A stretch of DNA of 64,000 bases. Origin: Planctomycetota bacterium (lineage in GTDB: Bacteria > Planctomycetota > GCA-002687715). Made by a program: the position numbers and the translations under genes. Below, one piece after another: positions 39,842 to 50,813 of this stretch. Positions within the stretch are counted from its first letter, which is position 1. Every line of letters starts with the position of its first letter. The stretch covers positions 5,348 through 69,347 of the forward strand of contig SIAO01000007.1 of the NCBI GenBank assembly GCA_009691765.1. Reading direction: 5' to 3'. The notes below the pieces were generated by a model, which saw nothing but the letters and a program-made list of their open reading frames with translations, was not told the DNA's origin and searched no databases.

Positions 39842-41002
39842 TCAGCCTTGCGCGCGCAGCGTCGCGATGACGTGCACCGCGATGGCTTCACCGCGGCCGA
39901 TGGCGTCGAGCCCTTCATTGGTGCGCGCCTTCACCGCTACACGCTCGGGCGGCAAATCGAGCAATGCACACAGCGCTGTCTTGATGCTGGCCTTGTGCGG
40001 GCCGAGTCGTGGTCGCTCGGCGATCAAACTGCAATCCACTTGGGCCGGAGCCCAGCCACGTTGGCGTAGCTCCTGAAGAGTGCGCTGCAACAGCACGCGG
40101 CTATCAGCGCCTTTCAGCGCAGAGTCCGTATCTGGAAAATGCTCGCCGATGTCGGGCAGGCCCGCAGCCCCGAGCAAGGCTTCGATCACTGCGTGCAGCA
40201 GTGCATCACCGTCAGAGTGACCAAGCAAATGCAGTTCGACGGGGATGTCCACCCCACCCAAACGCAACGGTCCACCCCCTACCAAACGATGAATGTCGTA
40301 GCCGTGCCCGACCCGCGGTGTTTCCAAGAGTGTTCGTGCCACGCTCAGTTCCTCCTGCGTCGTGATCTTGATGTTGCTGGCAGCATCTTCCACCAGTGCC
40401 ACACGAACCCCAAAGTGACGGCACAACGCAGCTTCATCGGTGAAATCCCGTCCTTGCTCTGCAGCTCGTTCCAACAAGCTGCGCAGGATGTCACTGCGAG
40501 CTCCCTGCGGTGTACTCGCGAGACGCAACTCGTCGCGCTGCAAGGTGTCGCTCAGAAATCCCGCGGCATCAACGCGCTGCACGGTGGCGGTGACACGACT
40601 CGCGAGTAACGCAGCATCAGCGCTGCCAAGTTGCAGCAACAATGCAGCCACTCGCTCTGCAAGCACGAGGGGTCTGGCCGCGTCGTGCACCAAAACAATC
40701 TCGCCGCAATCTTCAGCGAGTGCTTGAACGCCAGCACGCACAGACGCCTGACGCGACGCACCGCCAGCGACGGCCTGTGTGATTCCAGCTTCGAGCATCC
40801 AGGCGCGCATTGGTTCGTGCCGTGTGCTGAGCAGATCCTCCGGGTGCAAAACCAGAATCTGTGACAAAGGACGCAGCTCAGCACAGGTGCGCGCGCCATG
40901 CCACCACAGGGGATGGCCATCCAAGAGCACCATGCCCTTGCGCACGCTACCGCCCAAACGTGAACCACTCCCTGCCGCAACATGCACGACCGAAAAACGC
41001 AC
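39842..41002 (-). CDS. ispDF: Bifunctional IspD/IspF (MEP pathway)
   Basis: AAGSGSRLG, GGASRQASV, VHDAARP, NIKITT; GHGYDIHRL, HSDGD, DIGEHFPD. Confidence 0.94.
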   Translation of the reverse strand: MRFSVVHVAAGSGSRLGGSVRKGMVLLDGHPLWWHGARTCAELRPLSQILVLHPEDLLSTRHEPMRAWMLEAGITQAVAGGASRQASVRAGVQALAEDCGEIVLVHDAARPLVLAERVAALLLQLGSADAALLASRVTATVQRVDAAGFLSDTLQRDELRLASTPQGARSDILRSLLERAAEQGRDFTDEAALCRHFGVRVALVEDAASNIKITTQEELSVARTLLETPRVGHGYDIHRLVGGGPLRLGGVDIPVELHLLGHSDGDALLHAVIEALLGAAGLPDIGEHFPDTDSALKGADSRVLLQRTLQELRQRGWAPAQVDCSLIAERPRLGPHKASIKTALCALLDLPPERVAVKARTNEGLDAIGRGEAIAVHVIATLRAQG

Positions 41003-41333
41003 TGTGTTTGTCCCTTCAGAAGCAGCACTCGTGCCTTGCGGGCCTTCATCTTCTGATCGAATACTGCTTGCGCTCGCGCTCATGCGCTCACCATATCAGC
41101 CGAACTTCGTGGCAATCCTGCGCCCATGCGCAATTTAGTGCGCGCCACCCATGTGCGCAGAACCCGCCACAGCAACAGCCTGCATTCGGAGCGTGATTTT
41201 CAGGAACAATTTATCTCTGCTCCCTTCAGCGCCGAAAAATCGAACAGCTTCATCAGGTCGCCAGCCCGCCACCTGCTGAATACGTACCGGTTGTTTCGGT
41301 TCTCCGAGCCCTTCGCGGGGCATGGAGGTTGGC

Positions 41334-43163
41334 ATGGTGAGCATTGAGATCAAGGCGGCGTGTGCAGGTGTCTTGCTCCTGTTCCTCGCAACAGAGGTGC
41401 AGAGCCAGACGATTCTCATTGACGAGCAGCTCACAGGGCCAGTGCGGATTGCGCCCTTCTACTTCGCCACCACGGAGATCTTCGGAGCAAGCAGTGCTCC
41501 AGTGGCTCTCGCCGTTGGTTTTGTGCCGGCATCCATAGCAACAGCGTTCGGCGAATTGGGCATCAGCTTCGCTCTTGGCGGTTTCCTCGTGTTGGATGGA
41601 TTCGACCAACTCCATCCCTTCCATTCCGATAGCTTCCTTGATGCGAATGGCTACCTGAGTTTCGAAGCCGTTTTCTTCTCCACCGTGAACATGCTCGGAC
41701 AGCAAGTGACCTTTTGGACTCAATGTGCTGCGGCAGATCCTGCGGCCGCTGCCGGTTTCACTTTGGGCAACACCGTCGAAGTGCAAGAACACACACCAGT
41801 ACCAGTCGTGTTCACGAACTCTCCGAACTACGCTGCCGAAGGCGGCATCCTCACGATCACCGGGGCCAACTTCTCCAACGACATTGGTTTGAATGTGGTC
41901 ACCATCGGCGACATGCCGTGCAATGTGACCTACGCGACATCGACAACACTGGGTGTAGAGATTCCTCTGGGCTGCACCTCAGGTCCGGTCACTGTTTCCA
42001 CGCCATGGGGTGTGTGCAACGGGCACACCAACGCCATCAACTCTTGGTGCGCGATCATCAATGGCGTCGTCACTCCGGAACAGGCACCAGTACTCACCAG
42101 TGGCTATATGACCATTCAAGGATTCATCCCCTATTCCGGCTTTGTGGACACCTTCACCGTGCACGCCCTCGCTGGTCAAGAGATCTATGCCGAGTGCTAC
42201 TCCTACGACCCCAATACAGGCATGCTGACGGGCGGATCGAACAGCAGCAATCTGTATTTCGACCCCGTCCTCGAGATCCGCCACGGGACGGTGGACCTGT
42301 TCTTCGATGACGATTCCGGTCCCCTTACCGGCGCCGCCATCGGGCTGCCTTGGGGCAGCAGCGGGTTCGTGGCCGACATGGAGGCCGATTACCAAGTGCG
42401 CGTGCGCACGGTGTTCACCGGCTTCATTGGCCATTACTTGCTCAAAATCGGTGTCCGCACTCCCGTCAACATGCCCATGCGTGTGCACTCTGTTTATCCC
42501 AACCTCGTGCGCCCTGGAGATTTCGTCTCGGTGTGGTGCAGCAACACCATTCCTGGCGTGCTCGAAGGGCATTTCGTCAACGCTTTCGGACAAACTCTTC
42601 CCGCTGCGGGAGTTGTGGCCGGGCGCATGGATTTCCAAGTGCCTGCGGGTGCGCGCAGCGGTCCTGTGTCGATCACGACTCCGTTCGGAACGAGCCCCAT
42701 GGACACCGATCGCATGAGCGCGTGGTTGACAGTGCTGCAAGACACCATGGCTTGGGAGATCGAAGGGCAAACGCCGACTGTCACCACCAGCACCACGTGG
42801 TTCGGCTCGCTTGCAATGAACTGGGACCATGACGTCTACCGCGTGCAAATACGCGCGAACCATCACTACCGCATCGAGGTGTACGCCTTCGACGCACTGC
42901 AAACACGCGTCATGACTTCGACATTTGCCATGGGGTACCCAGTGGATCCTGACTTGAGGCTTTTACCGGCTCAGCTCAGCACTCCCATCCTCGCGATGGA
43001 TTCCAGTTCGGGCCCTGGCGTAAACGCGCTGATCGGTAGCTCACTCACTCCGTACTACACCAACTCACAAAACACCTACATCGATGTGTGGGTTCTCTCG
43101 TGGTTCATGGGTTCCTACGGCGACTATTTGCTGAATATCGTGGAGTCGCCACCGGGCTCGTAG
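41334..43163 (+). CDS. Secreted protein with two (IPT/TIG + PPC-like) modules and an N-terminal unnamed domain
   Basis: Signal peptide, SD GGAGG; ILTITGANFS...IPLGCTSGPVTV and VPAGARSGPVSITTP; DPVLEI...DDDSGP and DPDLRL...DSSSGP. Confidence 0.75.
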   Translation: MVSIEIKAACAGVLLLFLATEVQSQTILIDEQLTGPVRIAPFYFATTEIFGASSAPVALAVGFVPASIATAFGELGISFALGGFLVLDGFDQLHPFHSDSFLDANGYLSFEAVFFSTVNMLGQQVTFWTQCAAADPAAAAGFTLGNTVEVQEHTPVPVVFTNSPNYAAEGGILTITGANFSNDIGLNVVTIGDMPCNVTYATSTTLGVEIPLGCTSGPVTVSTPWGVCNGHTNAINSWCAIINGVVTPEQAPVLTSGYMTIQGFIPYSGFVDTFTVHALAGQEIYAECYSYDPNTGMLTGGSNSSNLYFDPVLEIRHGTVDLFFDDDSGPLTGAAIGLPWGSSGFVADMEADYQVRVRTVFTGFIGHYLLKIGVRTPVNMPMRVHSVYPNLVRPGDFVSVWCSNTIPGVLEGHFVNAFGQTLPAAGVVAGRMDFQVPAGARSGPVSITTPFGTSPMDTDRMSAWLTVLQDTMAWEIEGQTPTVTTSTTWFGSLAMNWDHDVYRVQIRANHHYRIEVYAFDALQTRVMTSTFAMGYPVDPDLRLLPAQLSTPILAMDSSSGPGVNALIGSSLTPYYTNSQNTYIDVWVLSWFMGSYGDYLLNIVESPPGS

Positions 43164-43186
43164 GTCGCGCATAGAATCGCGACGCC

Positions 43187-43753
43187 ATGCCCTTCGAGGC
43201 GCTCAGCCGCACAGATCCGTTGATCGTCCTTGGGATAGACCCGGGCACTCTCGTACTCGGGTTCGGCGTTGTTGGACGAAGCGGTGGCAAGTTGCAACAT
43301 GTGGATCATGGAGCGCTACGCGCCGATGCAAAATCCACAGTGGCGGAACGCTTGAAGGTACTGGCGCAAGGTGTGCGCGCTTTGCTGGCGCATCACCGAC
43401 CGCATGTTGTGGCCCTCGAAGAGGCGTTCGTGGATCGCAATGTGCAATCCGCGCTGCGCATTGGCGAGGCCCGCGGCATCGTGCTCTGCGCCGCTGCTGA
43501 AGCCGGCATTCCCGTCGTGGACTTCCCTACGGCTCGCGTGAAAGCACGTGTTGGCGGACATGGCGCCGCAACCAAATCCTGCGTCCGCAGCATGGTGATG
43601 CTGGAACTCGCGCTCAAGACCGCGCCCACGCCCCTCGACGCGAGCGATGCTTTGGCCCTCGCCCTCGCGTTGCTGCACGACCGCCGTCTCGATCCACGTT
43701 TCGCTGCCCTCAAGGCGCCGAAACCAAAGTCGCGCAGCCGTCCGCGTCGATGA
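43187..43753 (+). CDS. ruvC: Holliday junction resolvase RuvC
   Basis: LGIDPG, VALEEAF, GEARG, DASDALALA. Confidence 0.95.
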   Translation: MPFEALSRTDPLIVLGIDPGTLVLGFGVVGRSGGKLQHVDHGALRADAKSTVAERLKVLAQGVRALLAHHRPHVVALEEAFVDRNVQSALRIGEARGIVLCAAAEAGIPVVDFPTARVKARVGGHGAATKSCVRSMVMLELALKTAPTPLDASDALALALALLHDRRLDPRFAALKAPKPKSRSRPRR

Positions 43754-43769
43754 GTTCTGCGGAGATCCG

Positions 43770-44330
43770 ATGATCAACCTGCGCTCACACGTAGCTTTAT
43801 GCTGCTTCGTCCTTCTCTGCCACTCCTGCGTGCAAGCACCGGAAGTGACTCGCTCAGAAACCGTGCGCCCTAGCATGTTGCGCCATGACGACGCAGACGT
43901 GCCAGCAAGCGTGCGCGCGCTCGAAACCGTGATCGACGCAGAAGGGGCACTCATTGCGGATGAGATCACAATCCACTGCTCTTGCAACTATGAATGGGAT
44001 GTCTCGCTGAGTGGCGAAGATGTTCTGCCCCAGCGTTCCGACGGCGATGAGAAGATCAGTGAAGCCCGCGGCAAAGCCCGCGCACAATTCCGCAACTTGC
44101 AACTGCGCGCCGTGCGTCGCATCGTGTTCCGCAAGAGCGGATTCGATGTGCAGCCCTTTATTCGCATCACAGCCGTGGGGCGCGCCGCCTACGCAACAGA
44201 CGCCAGCGTTTTTCGCGGTGCCCAGATACGCATCGACAATGCTCAACTGACGGTGGATGGCTTGCCCGTGCCTGCACCAACTGCACCCGGCTCACCGCTG
44301 GTTCTTGAGCAGAATCCACGGCGGGGGTAG
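43770..44330 (+). CDS. Hypothetical lipoprotein
   Basis: Hydrophobic N-terminus ending in Cys (LLCHSC); fills the ruvC-trpS gap. Confidence 0.65.
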   Translation: MINLRSHVALCCFVLLCHSCVQAPEVTRSETVRPSMLRHDDADVPASVRALETVIDAEGALIADEITIHCSCNYEWDVSLSGEDVLPQRSDGDEKISEARGKARAQFRNLQLRAVRRIVFRKSGFDVQPFIRITAVGRAAYATDASVFRGAQIRIDNAQLTVDGLPVPAPTAPGSPLVLEQNPRRG

Positions 44331-44339
44331 TTTGCGCGC

Positions 44340-45311
44340 ATGAAGCGCTTCCTCTCGGGGGTTCAACCTTCGGGTCTCCCTCACCTCGGCAATTACTTCG
44401 GCGCCATCGCGATGCACCTCGCTCTAGCGCAAGAAGGCGAAGCGTACTGGTTCATCGCCGATCTGCACGCGCTGACAAGTTTGAAAGACGCCGACAAACT
44501 CCGTGAGATGACGCGCGAAATAGCCGTCACCTATCTCGCGCTTGGCTTGAACCCCGAACGCACCGTGTTCTGGCGCCAAAGTGATGTGCCCGAAGTGACA
44601 GAAGTTGCGTGGTTGCTCAGCAGCGTCACTGGCATGGGACTCTTGGAGCGCGGCCACTCGTACAAAGATAAACTCGCTCACGGACTCACTCCCAATGTTG
44701 GGTTGTTCTATTACCCCGTGCTCATGGCGGCGGACATCCTCTGCTTCGACGCCGACGAAGTGCCGGTGGGCAAGGATCAGATTCAGCATGTGGAGTTCGC
44801 TCAAGACATGGCCGGTGCGTTCGACGCAGCGTATGGCGCCACCTTCAAGCGGCCAGAATGGCGCATGTCACCGACGCCGCGCGTGCTCGGCCTCGATGGC
44901 CAAAAGATGAGCAAGAGCTATGGCAACGCACTGTGGATTTTCGAAGAAGGAAAAGCGCTATCCAAAGCCATCGGCAAACTACCGACAGACTCACGCCCAC
45001 CTTCCGAGCCGAAAGAACCCGATGGTGTGCTGCTTTTCGATTGGTTGAAACTGCTTGTGCCTGCAGACGAGTTTGAATCGCTGTGTGGTCGCGCGCGCAC
45101 GGGTGGAGACAACGGACCGGGCTACGGCGAGCTGAAAAAACGCCTCGCCGCCGCCATGGATGAACGCTTCGGCCCAGCACGTGAAGAGCGCCGCAGATTG
45201 CTGGCGCATCCGCAGCACGTCGACACGGTGCTTGCACAGGGCGCGCAACGCGCAGCCCTCGTCGCTCGCGGCGTCCGTGATCGTGCTTACAAGGCCTGCG
45301 GGCTGCGCTGA
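44340..45311 (+). CDS. trpS: Tryptophanyl-tRNA synthetase
   Basis: SGVQPSG-HLGNY, YPVLMAADIL, VPVGKDQIQH, KMSKS. Confidence 0.97.
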   Translation: MKRFLSGVQPSGLPHLGNYFGAIAMHLALAQEGEAYWFIADLHALTSLKDADKLREMTREIAVTYLALGLNPERTVFWRQSDVPEVTEVAWLLSSVTGMGLLERGHSYKDKLAHGLTPNVGLFYYPVLMAADILCFDADEVPVGKDQIQHVEFAQDMAGAFDAAYGATFKRPEWRMSPTPRVLGLDGQKMSKSYGNALWIFEEGKALSKAIGKLPTDSRPPSEPKEPDGVLLFDWLKLLVPADEFESLCGRARTGGDNGPGYGELKKRLAAAMDERFGPAREERRRLLAHPQHVDTVLAQGAQRAALVARGVRDRAYKACGLR

Positions 45312-45324
45312 AACTTCACACAGC

Positions 45325-45918
45325 TCAGTCGCGTTGCGGCAACAAGCGCGCCATCCACTTGCCAACTTGGTCCGCTTCGAGGTGCACTTTCGAGCCAACC
45401 TTGAGCGCACCGAGTGTGGTGACGGCCAGCGTGTGCGGAATGAGACACACGGTGGCGCTCTCTTTTTGCAACGCCGCGAGCGTGAGAGAAACGCCATCCA
45501 CGGTGATGCTGCCCTTCGGAATCGTGAAGCGTTCCACTTGCGGCGGCAGCTCGATGGTCACGCTCGTTTGCTCCGGCGTCGTGGTCACATCGAGAACGGT
45601 GCCCACACCATCGACATGCCCAGACACCAAGTGGCCGCCCAAGTGGTCCCCGAGCTTCAAAGCGCGCTCGAGATTCACGGCGTCGCTGACATGCAGGCTC
45701 AGGAAATCCGTCAGACGCAGCGTCTCACCCATCATGTGAAAGCCAGCCACAGCCCCATCCAGCACCTCCACGGTCAAGCAGCAACCGCGCACGCAGATCG
45801 AATCCCCCAGCCTCACGCCGCCTACAGCGGCACCGAGGTCGATGGCCAACCACAGCGCGCCGGACTTTTCCTCGCGCCGCGTCACTCGCCCCATGGTCTC
45901 GACGATGCCGGTAAACAT
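45325..45918 (-). CDS. ribE: Riboflavin synthase
   Basis: MFTGIVE, GCCLTV, VNLERAL, GGHLVSGHVD, GVSLT. Confidence 0.95.
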   Translation of the reverse strand: MFTGIVETMGRVTRREEKSGALWLAIDLGAAVGGVRLGDSICVRGCCLTVEVLDGAVAGFHMMGETLRLTDFLSLHVSDAVNLERALKLGDHLGGHLVSGHVDGVGTVLDVTTTPEQTSVTIELPPQVERFTIPKGSITVDGVSLTLAALQKESATVCLIPHTLAVTTLGALKVGSKVHLEADQVGKWMARLLPQRD

Positions 45919-46130
45919 GGCTTCAGTTTCGCTCCCCGCAAGCTGCAACCCAACCCCTTGCAGTTTCACGACTTCAGGCTGTGCAAATGCACTACGCCAC
46001 CACGCGACGCGCATTGCTTGATCCCAGTGCACCCCTCTGTATCATGACGCGCTCGCTAAACCTTGACCCGGTCAGTCTTTCCGTTCGTACGGAGCCTACG
46101 GTCAAGGGTGCGAGTACCACAGGGACGAGT

Positions 46131-46844
46131 GTGCGGATCGATGTCCTGACCATCTTCCCTGGCATCCTCGAGGGCTTTCTTAACGAGAGCATCGTGCGGA
46201 TTGCCAGAGAAAAAGGACTGCTTGAAGTCGTCTTGCACGATTTTCGGCAGTTCGCGGAGGACAAACACCGCACCGTGGACGACAAGCCATTCGGTGGCGG
46301 GCCGGGCATGGTGCTGAAGCCGGAACCGATCTTTGCCTGTTTAGAGGCTTTGATCGCGAAGGATCAGCAACCACCTCGCATGTTGCTGATGTCCCCGTGT
46401 GGCAGCACGCTGACACAGAAGCGCATGCGCGAGTTCGCGAAGGACGAGCGCTTGGTGATCCTGTGCGGGCGTTATGAGGGTTATGACGAGCGCATCAAAC
46501 TCGGCTGGCCCTTTGAAGAAGTGTCTATCGGTGACTATGTGCTGAGTGGCGGGGAAGTCCCCGCGATGGTGGTGATTGATTCGGTTGCGCGCCTCCTCCC
46601 GGGAGTGCTGGGCCACGATCTGTCGGCCTTGCAGGATTCCTTCGAGGGCCCGCTGCTGGACCATCCCCACTACACGCGTCCTGCGGATTTCCGCGGTATG
46701 CAAGTGCCTGCTGTTCTGCTCAGCGGAGACCACTCCAAAGTGGCCGCGTGGCGGAAACAACAGGCGTTGGAACGAACACAGGTGCGTAGGCCGGATCTCC
46801 TTCGTGGAGATGCGCGCCGCGGACCCGATGCTGGACAAGTTTGA
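46131..46844 (+). CDS. trmD: tRNA (guanine37-N1)-methyltransferase
   Basis: VDDKPFGGGPGMV, CGRYEGYDER, SIGDYVLSGGE, HYTRP. Confidence 0.97.
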   Translation: MRIDVLTIFPGILEGFLNESIVRIAREKGLLEVVLHDFRQFAEDKHRTVDDKPFGGGPGMVLKPEPIFACLEALIAKDQQPPRMLLMSPCGSTLTQKRMREFAKDERLVILCGRYEGYDERIKLGWPFEEVSIGDYVLSGGEVPAMVVIDSVARLLPGVLGHDLSALQDSFEGPLLDHPHYTRPADFRGMQVPAVLLSGDHSKVAAWRKQQALERTQVRRPDLLRGDARRGPDAGQV

Positions 46845-46873
46845 CGCCGTGAAACGGTGCCGGAGCCGAGACG

Positions 46874-47224
46874 ATGAATAAGCATGATGATGTGGTGAAC
46901 GAAGCCCGCCGCAAAGTGCCGCTGACGAAGTTCAACGTGGGCGACACTGTGGACGTGCAGGTACTGATTCGCGAAGGCGACAAAGAGCGCATACAGATCT
47001 TCAACGGCACTGTCATCGCACGCCGCGGCAAAGAAGGCACTTCGGCCACTTTCACGGTGCGCCGCATCGTGCAAGGCGAAGGTGTAGAACGCATCTTCCC
47101 CATCAACTCACCCAAAGTGGTGGGGCTTGTCGTGAAGTCTCGCGCCAGCGTGCGCAGAGCGAAACTGTTCTACCTGCGCGAGCGCGTGGGCAAGGCTGCC
47201 AAGCTCAAAGAAATCATCGGCTGA
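46874..47224 (+). CDS. rplS: 50S ribosomal protein L19
   Basis: [31 protein letters not shown]. Confidence 0.97.
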   Translation: MNKHDDVVNEARRKVPLTKFNVGDTVDVQVLIREGDKERIQIFNGTVIARRGKEGTSATFTVRRIVQGEGVERIFPINSPKVVGLVVKSRASVRRAKLFYLRERVGKAAKLKEIIG

Positions 47225-47237
47225 TGCTCTCTGCGAT

Positions 47238-47268
47238 GCCCGCCACGGCGGGCCCGTTTCGTTTTTTT
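47238..47268 (+). terminator. Putative intrinsic terminator after rplS
   Basis: GCCCGC-CACG-GCGGGC hairpin followed by a T-rich tract. Confidence 0.5.
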
Positions 47269-47280
47269 GCTTGAGGAGGG

Positions 47281-50238
47281 ATGAGCATGTCCGACAAGCT
47301 CTCAATGCGTTGGTTCGTGGTGCTATGCGCTGTAGCTCTTGCAGGTTGGGCAACGGCATCCAACTGGCCGTTGAACTACGGCATCGATTTGATGGGTGGG
47401 ACGACGCTCACCTACAGCGTCGATCCACAAACCGTGCGCGCTCTCGTGGGCGCGGGCGGCAACCAGCAGCAGGCCATCGATGAAACCATCGAGGTGATCT
47501 CCACGCGCATCGACACCCTCGGTGTGCGCGAACTCACGGTGCGCCAAGAAGGCGGAGACGGCATCGTGTTGCAGTCGCCGAACCTGTCGCGCGAAGAAGC
47601 CGATGAGATCCGCCGCCGCATGGTGCAACTCGGACAACTCGAGTTCCCCGTTGGCGTGGGCAAACTGAATCAGCGCAAGAGCAGCTTCGATGTTCCGGGC
47701 AAGACTCCCGGCAGCATCGAGAACTACGCATTCAATGAAGATGAGGCTGAGAAGGCGCGTCAAGCAGCACTCGAAGCTGGCAAGACCTTGGTGGCAATCG
47801 CCAAGGCCGCTGGCAAACCCATCCCCTTGGCCGCCTACCGCGACGGCATGGCCTACGAGATGAAGAACGCCGATGGTCGCGGCGTCGGCATCTTCTGGAA
47901 GCCTTGGACCGCCGGCGAAACAGCGCGGCGCACTGCTGGCGCCAGCGAAGCCGAAGTGCGCACCGCGATGAATGCGGCACAGCGCGGCGAGGACTACAAG
48001 AAGGAACTCATCACCGGTGCGTGGGTGTATTACGACCCTATGTACTACGGCGGCGGTCTGAAGGGATTCACGGGCAAAGACATCGTCAATCCCAAGCCGG
48101 GCAAAGATGAATTTGGCAAACGCACCGTCACCTACGGCATTCACAACGAACGCCAAGGCGATTTCGAAGAGTACACCCAGAAATATGTGAACCAGCCGAT
48201 GGCGCTGGTGCTCAACGACGAGCTCTGGAGCGCACCCACCATTCAAGAAGCGCTGCGTGACAGCGTGCAGATCCGCGGAGGCGGCACCGGTTTCGCTGAA
48301 GAGGAACAAGGATTCCTCGTGAACTGCTTGCAGTCGGGCAGCTTGAAGTTGCGCTTGATTCCTGGCCAAGAAGAGACTATTGCTGCAACACTTGGTACTG
48401 AAGCCGTCAACCGTGGCTGGATGTCAGTCATCCTCGGCGCTGCGTTGGTCTTCGCCTTCACACTGGTGTACTACCGCCTCTCGGGCATGATCGCAGTGAT
48501 CACGCTGATCTTGAACATCGCATTGGTCGTGGCGTTGCTCGCGCTGTTCCGCGCCACCCTCACCTTGCCGGGCATCGCCGGCATCGTGCTTACCATCGGT
48601 ATGGCGGTGGACGCCAACATCTTGGTGTTCGAGCGCATCCGCGAAGAACAAGCCAAGGGTAAAGCTCTCCTTGCTGCTGTGGACGCTGGATTCAATCGCG
48701 CCTTCATCACCATCGTGGACTCCAACTTAACCACGGTGATCACTGCTGCTCTCCTCTACCGCTATGGCGTCGGGCCTATCAAGGGTTTCGCTGTAACGCT
48801 GATGGCTGGTCTCGTGGCCTCGCTGTTCACGGCTGTATTTGTGGCCAAGACAGTGTTCCTCACTTTCCTGCGCAATGGCAGCATTACGCAACTCTCCATG
48901 ATGCGCTGGGTCCCCGAAAACCTCGGCTGGAAGTTCTTGTCAAAGGCACGCATTTGCGTCACCGCATCGGTGATTGCAGTTGTGCTCTCGGTGGTTGCCT
49001 TCGTGGCAGCAGGTGATGCCAAGTACGGCTTGGATTTCACTGGCGGCTATGTGGTGCGCATGAACCTCGAGCAGCCGACGAGCACGGGCGAAGTCTCTTC
49101 TGCACTCGCTGCACTCAAGACAGAGTCCGGCTTGCAAAAGTATCCGCAAGTGGAACCCACGGGCCTCGGCAGCAGCGCTGACGCAACGGGCACCATGTTC
49201 AAGACGCTCGAAGTCCGCATCCAAACTGCAACCAAAGCCAGCCCCGAGGACATGAAAGCCCGCGTCGGTGGCGATCTTGCACAAGTCTTCGCCAGCGACT
49301 TCAACAACTTGAAGAGCGCCACTTTCAATGAAGACAACGGCCAGTGGGACCTGAGCTTTGATCTGAAGAATGCAATGAGCCGCCAGATCGTGGAAGGCCG
49401 GCTCTACGACTTCGCCGATAGCCGCGGCGAACATCCCTATCAGGGCATTGCGATCGATGGTCTGCAATTCAGCACTGATGCCGTCGGTGACGAAGTTGCC
49501 AGCGATTGGCGCATTCAGGTCAACGAAAAGAACTTGCTGAAGCATGAGCTCGTCGGTGACATCGTCACCTTGTTCGGTTCACGCATGCCTCAGTTGGATG
49601 GCAAGCCCAACGAGAATCTCGCCTTCGGCAAGATCTCCTATGTGGGTCCCAACGTCGTAGCCAACTTGAAAAAGCAGGCCATCGTCGCCGTGGTGCTCTC
49701 CCTCATCGCCGTTGTGCTTTACATCTGGATGCGCTTCAAAGAACTGCGCTATGGCATCGCTGCGGCGGTCGCCACCTTCCACGACGCCATCGTCGCCCTT
49801 GGCGCTGTGATTGTCGTGAACAAACTTGGCTGGGTGCATGTGCCCATCAATTTGCCCATCATCGCCGGCTTCCTCACCATCATGGGTTACTCGTTGAACG
49901 ACACCATCGTTCAATTCGACCGTGTGCGTGAAAACCTTGGCAATGTGAAGGGCTCGTTGGCAGACACTATCGACCTCTCCATCAATCAAACACTCGGTCG
50001 CACACTGCTCACTTCGTTGACGGTGTTCATAACCGTGCTGGTGCTGTTCTTGATGAACCGCAACCAAGAATCCGGCATTGAAGGCATCGCCTTCACCTTG
50101 CTCGTTGGCGTGGTCGTCGGGACCTACTCAACGATCTACGTAGCCAGTCCCATCGTTATTTGGATCGACGGTTGGGCCAGCAAGCGCAAGCAAGTTCGTC
50201 ATCAACAATCTGTTAACGCCGCTATCGCCGCAAAGTGA
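47281..50238 (+). CDS. secDF: Fused protein translocase subunit SecDF
   Basis: GIDLMGG, TLTLPGIAG, GMAVDANILVFERIREE, GLDFTGG, GYSLNDTIV.FDRVRE. Confidence 0.95.
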   Translation: MSMSDKLSMRWFVVLCAVALAGWATASNWPLNYGIDLMGGTTLTYSVDPQTVRALVGAGGNQQQAIDETIEVISTRIDTLGVRELTVRQEGGDGIVLQSPNLSREEADEIRRRMVQLGQLEFPVGVGKLNQRKSSFDVPGKTPGSIENYAFNEDEAEKARQAALEAGKTLVAIAKAAGKPIPLAAYRDGMAYEMKNADGRGVGIFWKPWTAGETARRTAGASEAEVRTAMNAAQRGEDYKKELITGAWVYYDPMYYGGGLKGFTGKDIVNPKPGKDEFGKRTVTYGIHNERQGDFEEYTQKYVNQPMALVLNDELWSAPTIQEALRDSVQIRGGGTGFAEEEQGFLVNCLQSGSLKLRLIPGQEETIAATLGTEAVNRGWMSVILGAALVFAFTLVYYRLSGMIAVITLILNIALVVALLALFRATLTLPGIAGIVLTIGMAVDANILVFERIREEQAKGKALLAAVDAGFNRAFITIVDSNLTTVITAALLYRYGVGPIKGFAVTLMAGLVASLFTAVFVAKTVFLTFLRNGSITQLSMMRWVPENLGWKFLSKARICVTASVIAVVLSVVAFVAAGDAKYGLDFTGGYVVRMNLEQPTSTGEVSSALAALKTESGLQKYPQVEPTGLGSSADATGTMFKTLEVRIQTATKASPEDMKARVGGDLAQVFASDFNNLKSATFNEDNGQWDLSFDLKNAMSRQIVEGRLYDFADSRGEHPYQGIAIDGLQFSTDAVGDEVASDWRIQVNEKNLLKHELVGDIVTLFGSRMPQLDGKPNENLAFGKISYVGPNVVANLKKQAIVAVVLSLIAVVLYIWMRFKELRYGIAAAVATFHDAIVALGAVIVVNKLGWVHVPINLPIIAGFLTIMGYSLNDTIVQFDRVRENLGNVKGSLADTIDLSINQTLGRTLLTSLTVFITVLVLFLMNRNQESGIEGIAFTLLVGVVVGTYSTIYVASPIVIWIDGWASKRKQVRHQQSVNAAIAAK

Positions 50239-50241
50239 CGC

Positions 50242-50730
50242 ATGGACAAACTGCTCGCTGGCCTCATCCTGCTCGGGCTTGCGCTGCTGGTACTCATCGC
50301 CACCATCGTTCATTTCGCCACAAGGCTTGATGGTGATGTGAAGCATGAGCGTCCAGTACTCGAGAGCGAGCCAGATCCCTCCCTGCCCGATGGCGGCAGC
50401 GTAGTGCTGACCATCGGCGGGGGCCGGGAGCTCACTGCGGGTCCCGATGGCCCTGCGCCATTGCCGACGCAGCCGCAGCGCACTCAAGGTCAACTCACCG
50501 GCGCAGAGAAACAAGCGGTCGATGATCGCGGCTACCTGAGCTACACGGTTCAAAAGGGCGACACGCTCTACAAACTCAGCGAGCGCTACTTGGGGAGTGG
50601 TGCGTTGTCTGGGCAGATCATGCGCCACAATCCGGAGCTCGATCGCCCCGAAAACCTACGCACAGGAATGCGACTTCGCATTCCTTTGTGGCTCAAGGAA
50701 CATTCTCCAACGCAACCGCAAGGGCGTTGA
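50242..50730 (+). CDS. Membrane-anchored LysM domain protein
   Basis: N-terminal TM; YTVQKGDTLYKLSERYLG...N...LRTGMRLRIP. Confidence 0.9.
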   Translation: MDKLLAGLILLGLALLVLIATIVHFATRLDGDVKHERPVLESEPDPSLPDGGSVVLTIGGGRELTAGPDGPAPLPTQPQRTQGQLTGAEKQAVDDRGYLSYTVQKGDTLYKLSERYLGSGALSGQIMRHNPELDRPENLRTGMRLRIPLWLKEHSPTQPQGR

Positions 50731-50813
50731 TGCTTGCGTTGGACAGTGTTGCCGTTCATCGCGTACGATCGTGAGCGTTCCGCAATTCTTGCTGGTCCTG
50801 GGGAGGGCGAGCG

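Noticed and set aside
45919-46130. FMN riboswitch upstream of riboflavin synthase
   Set aside because: No recognisable RFN consensus segments; it looks like a divergent promoter region.
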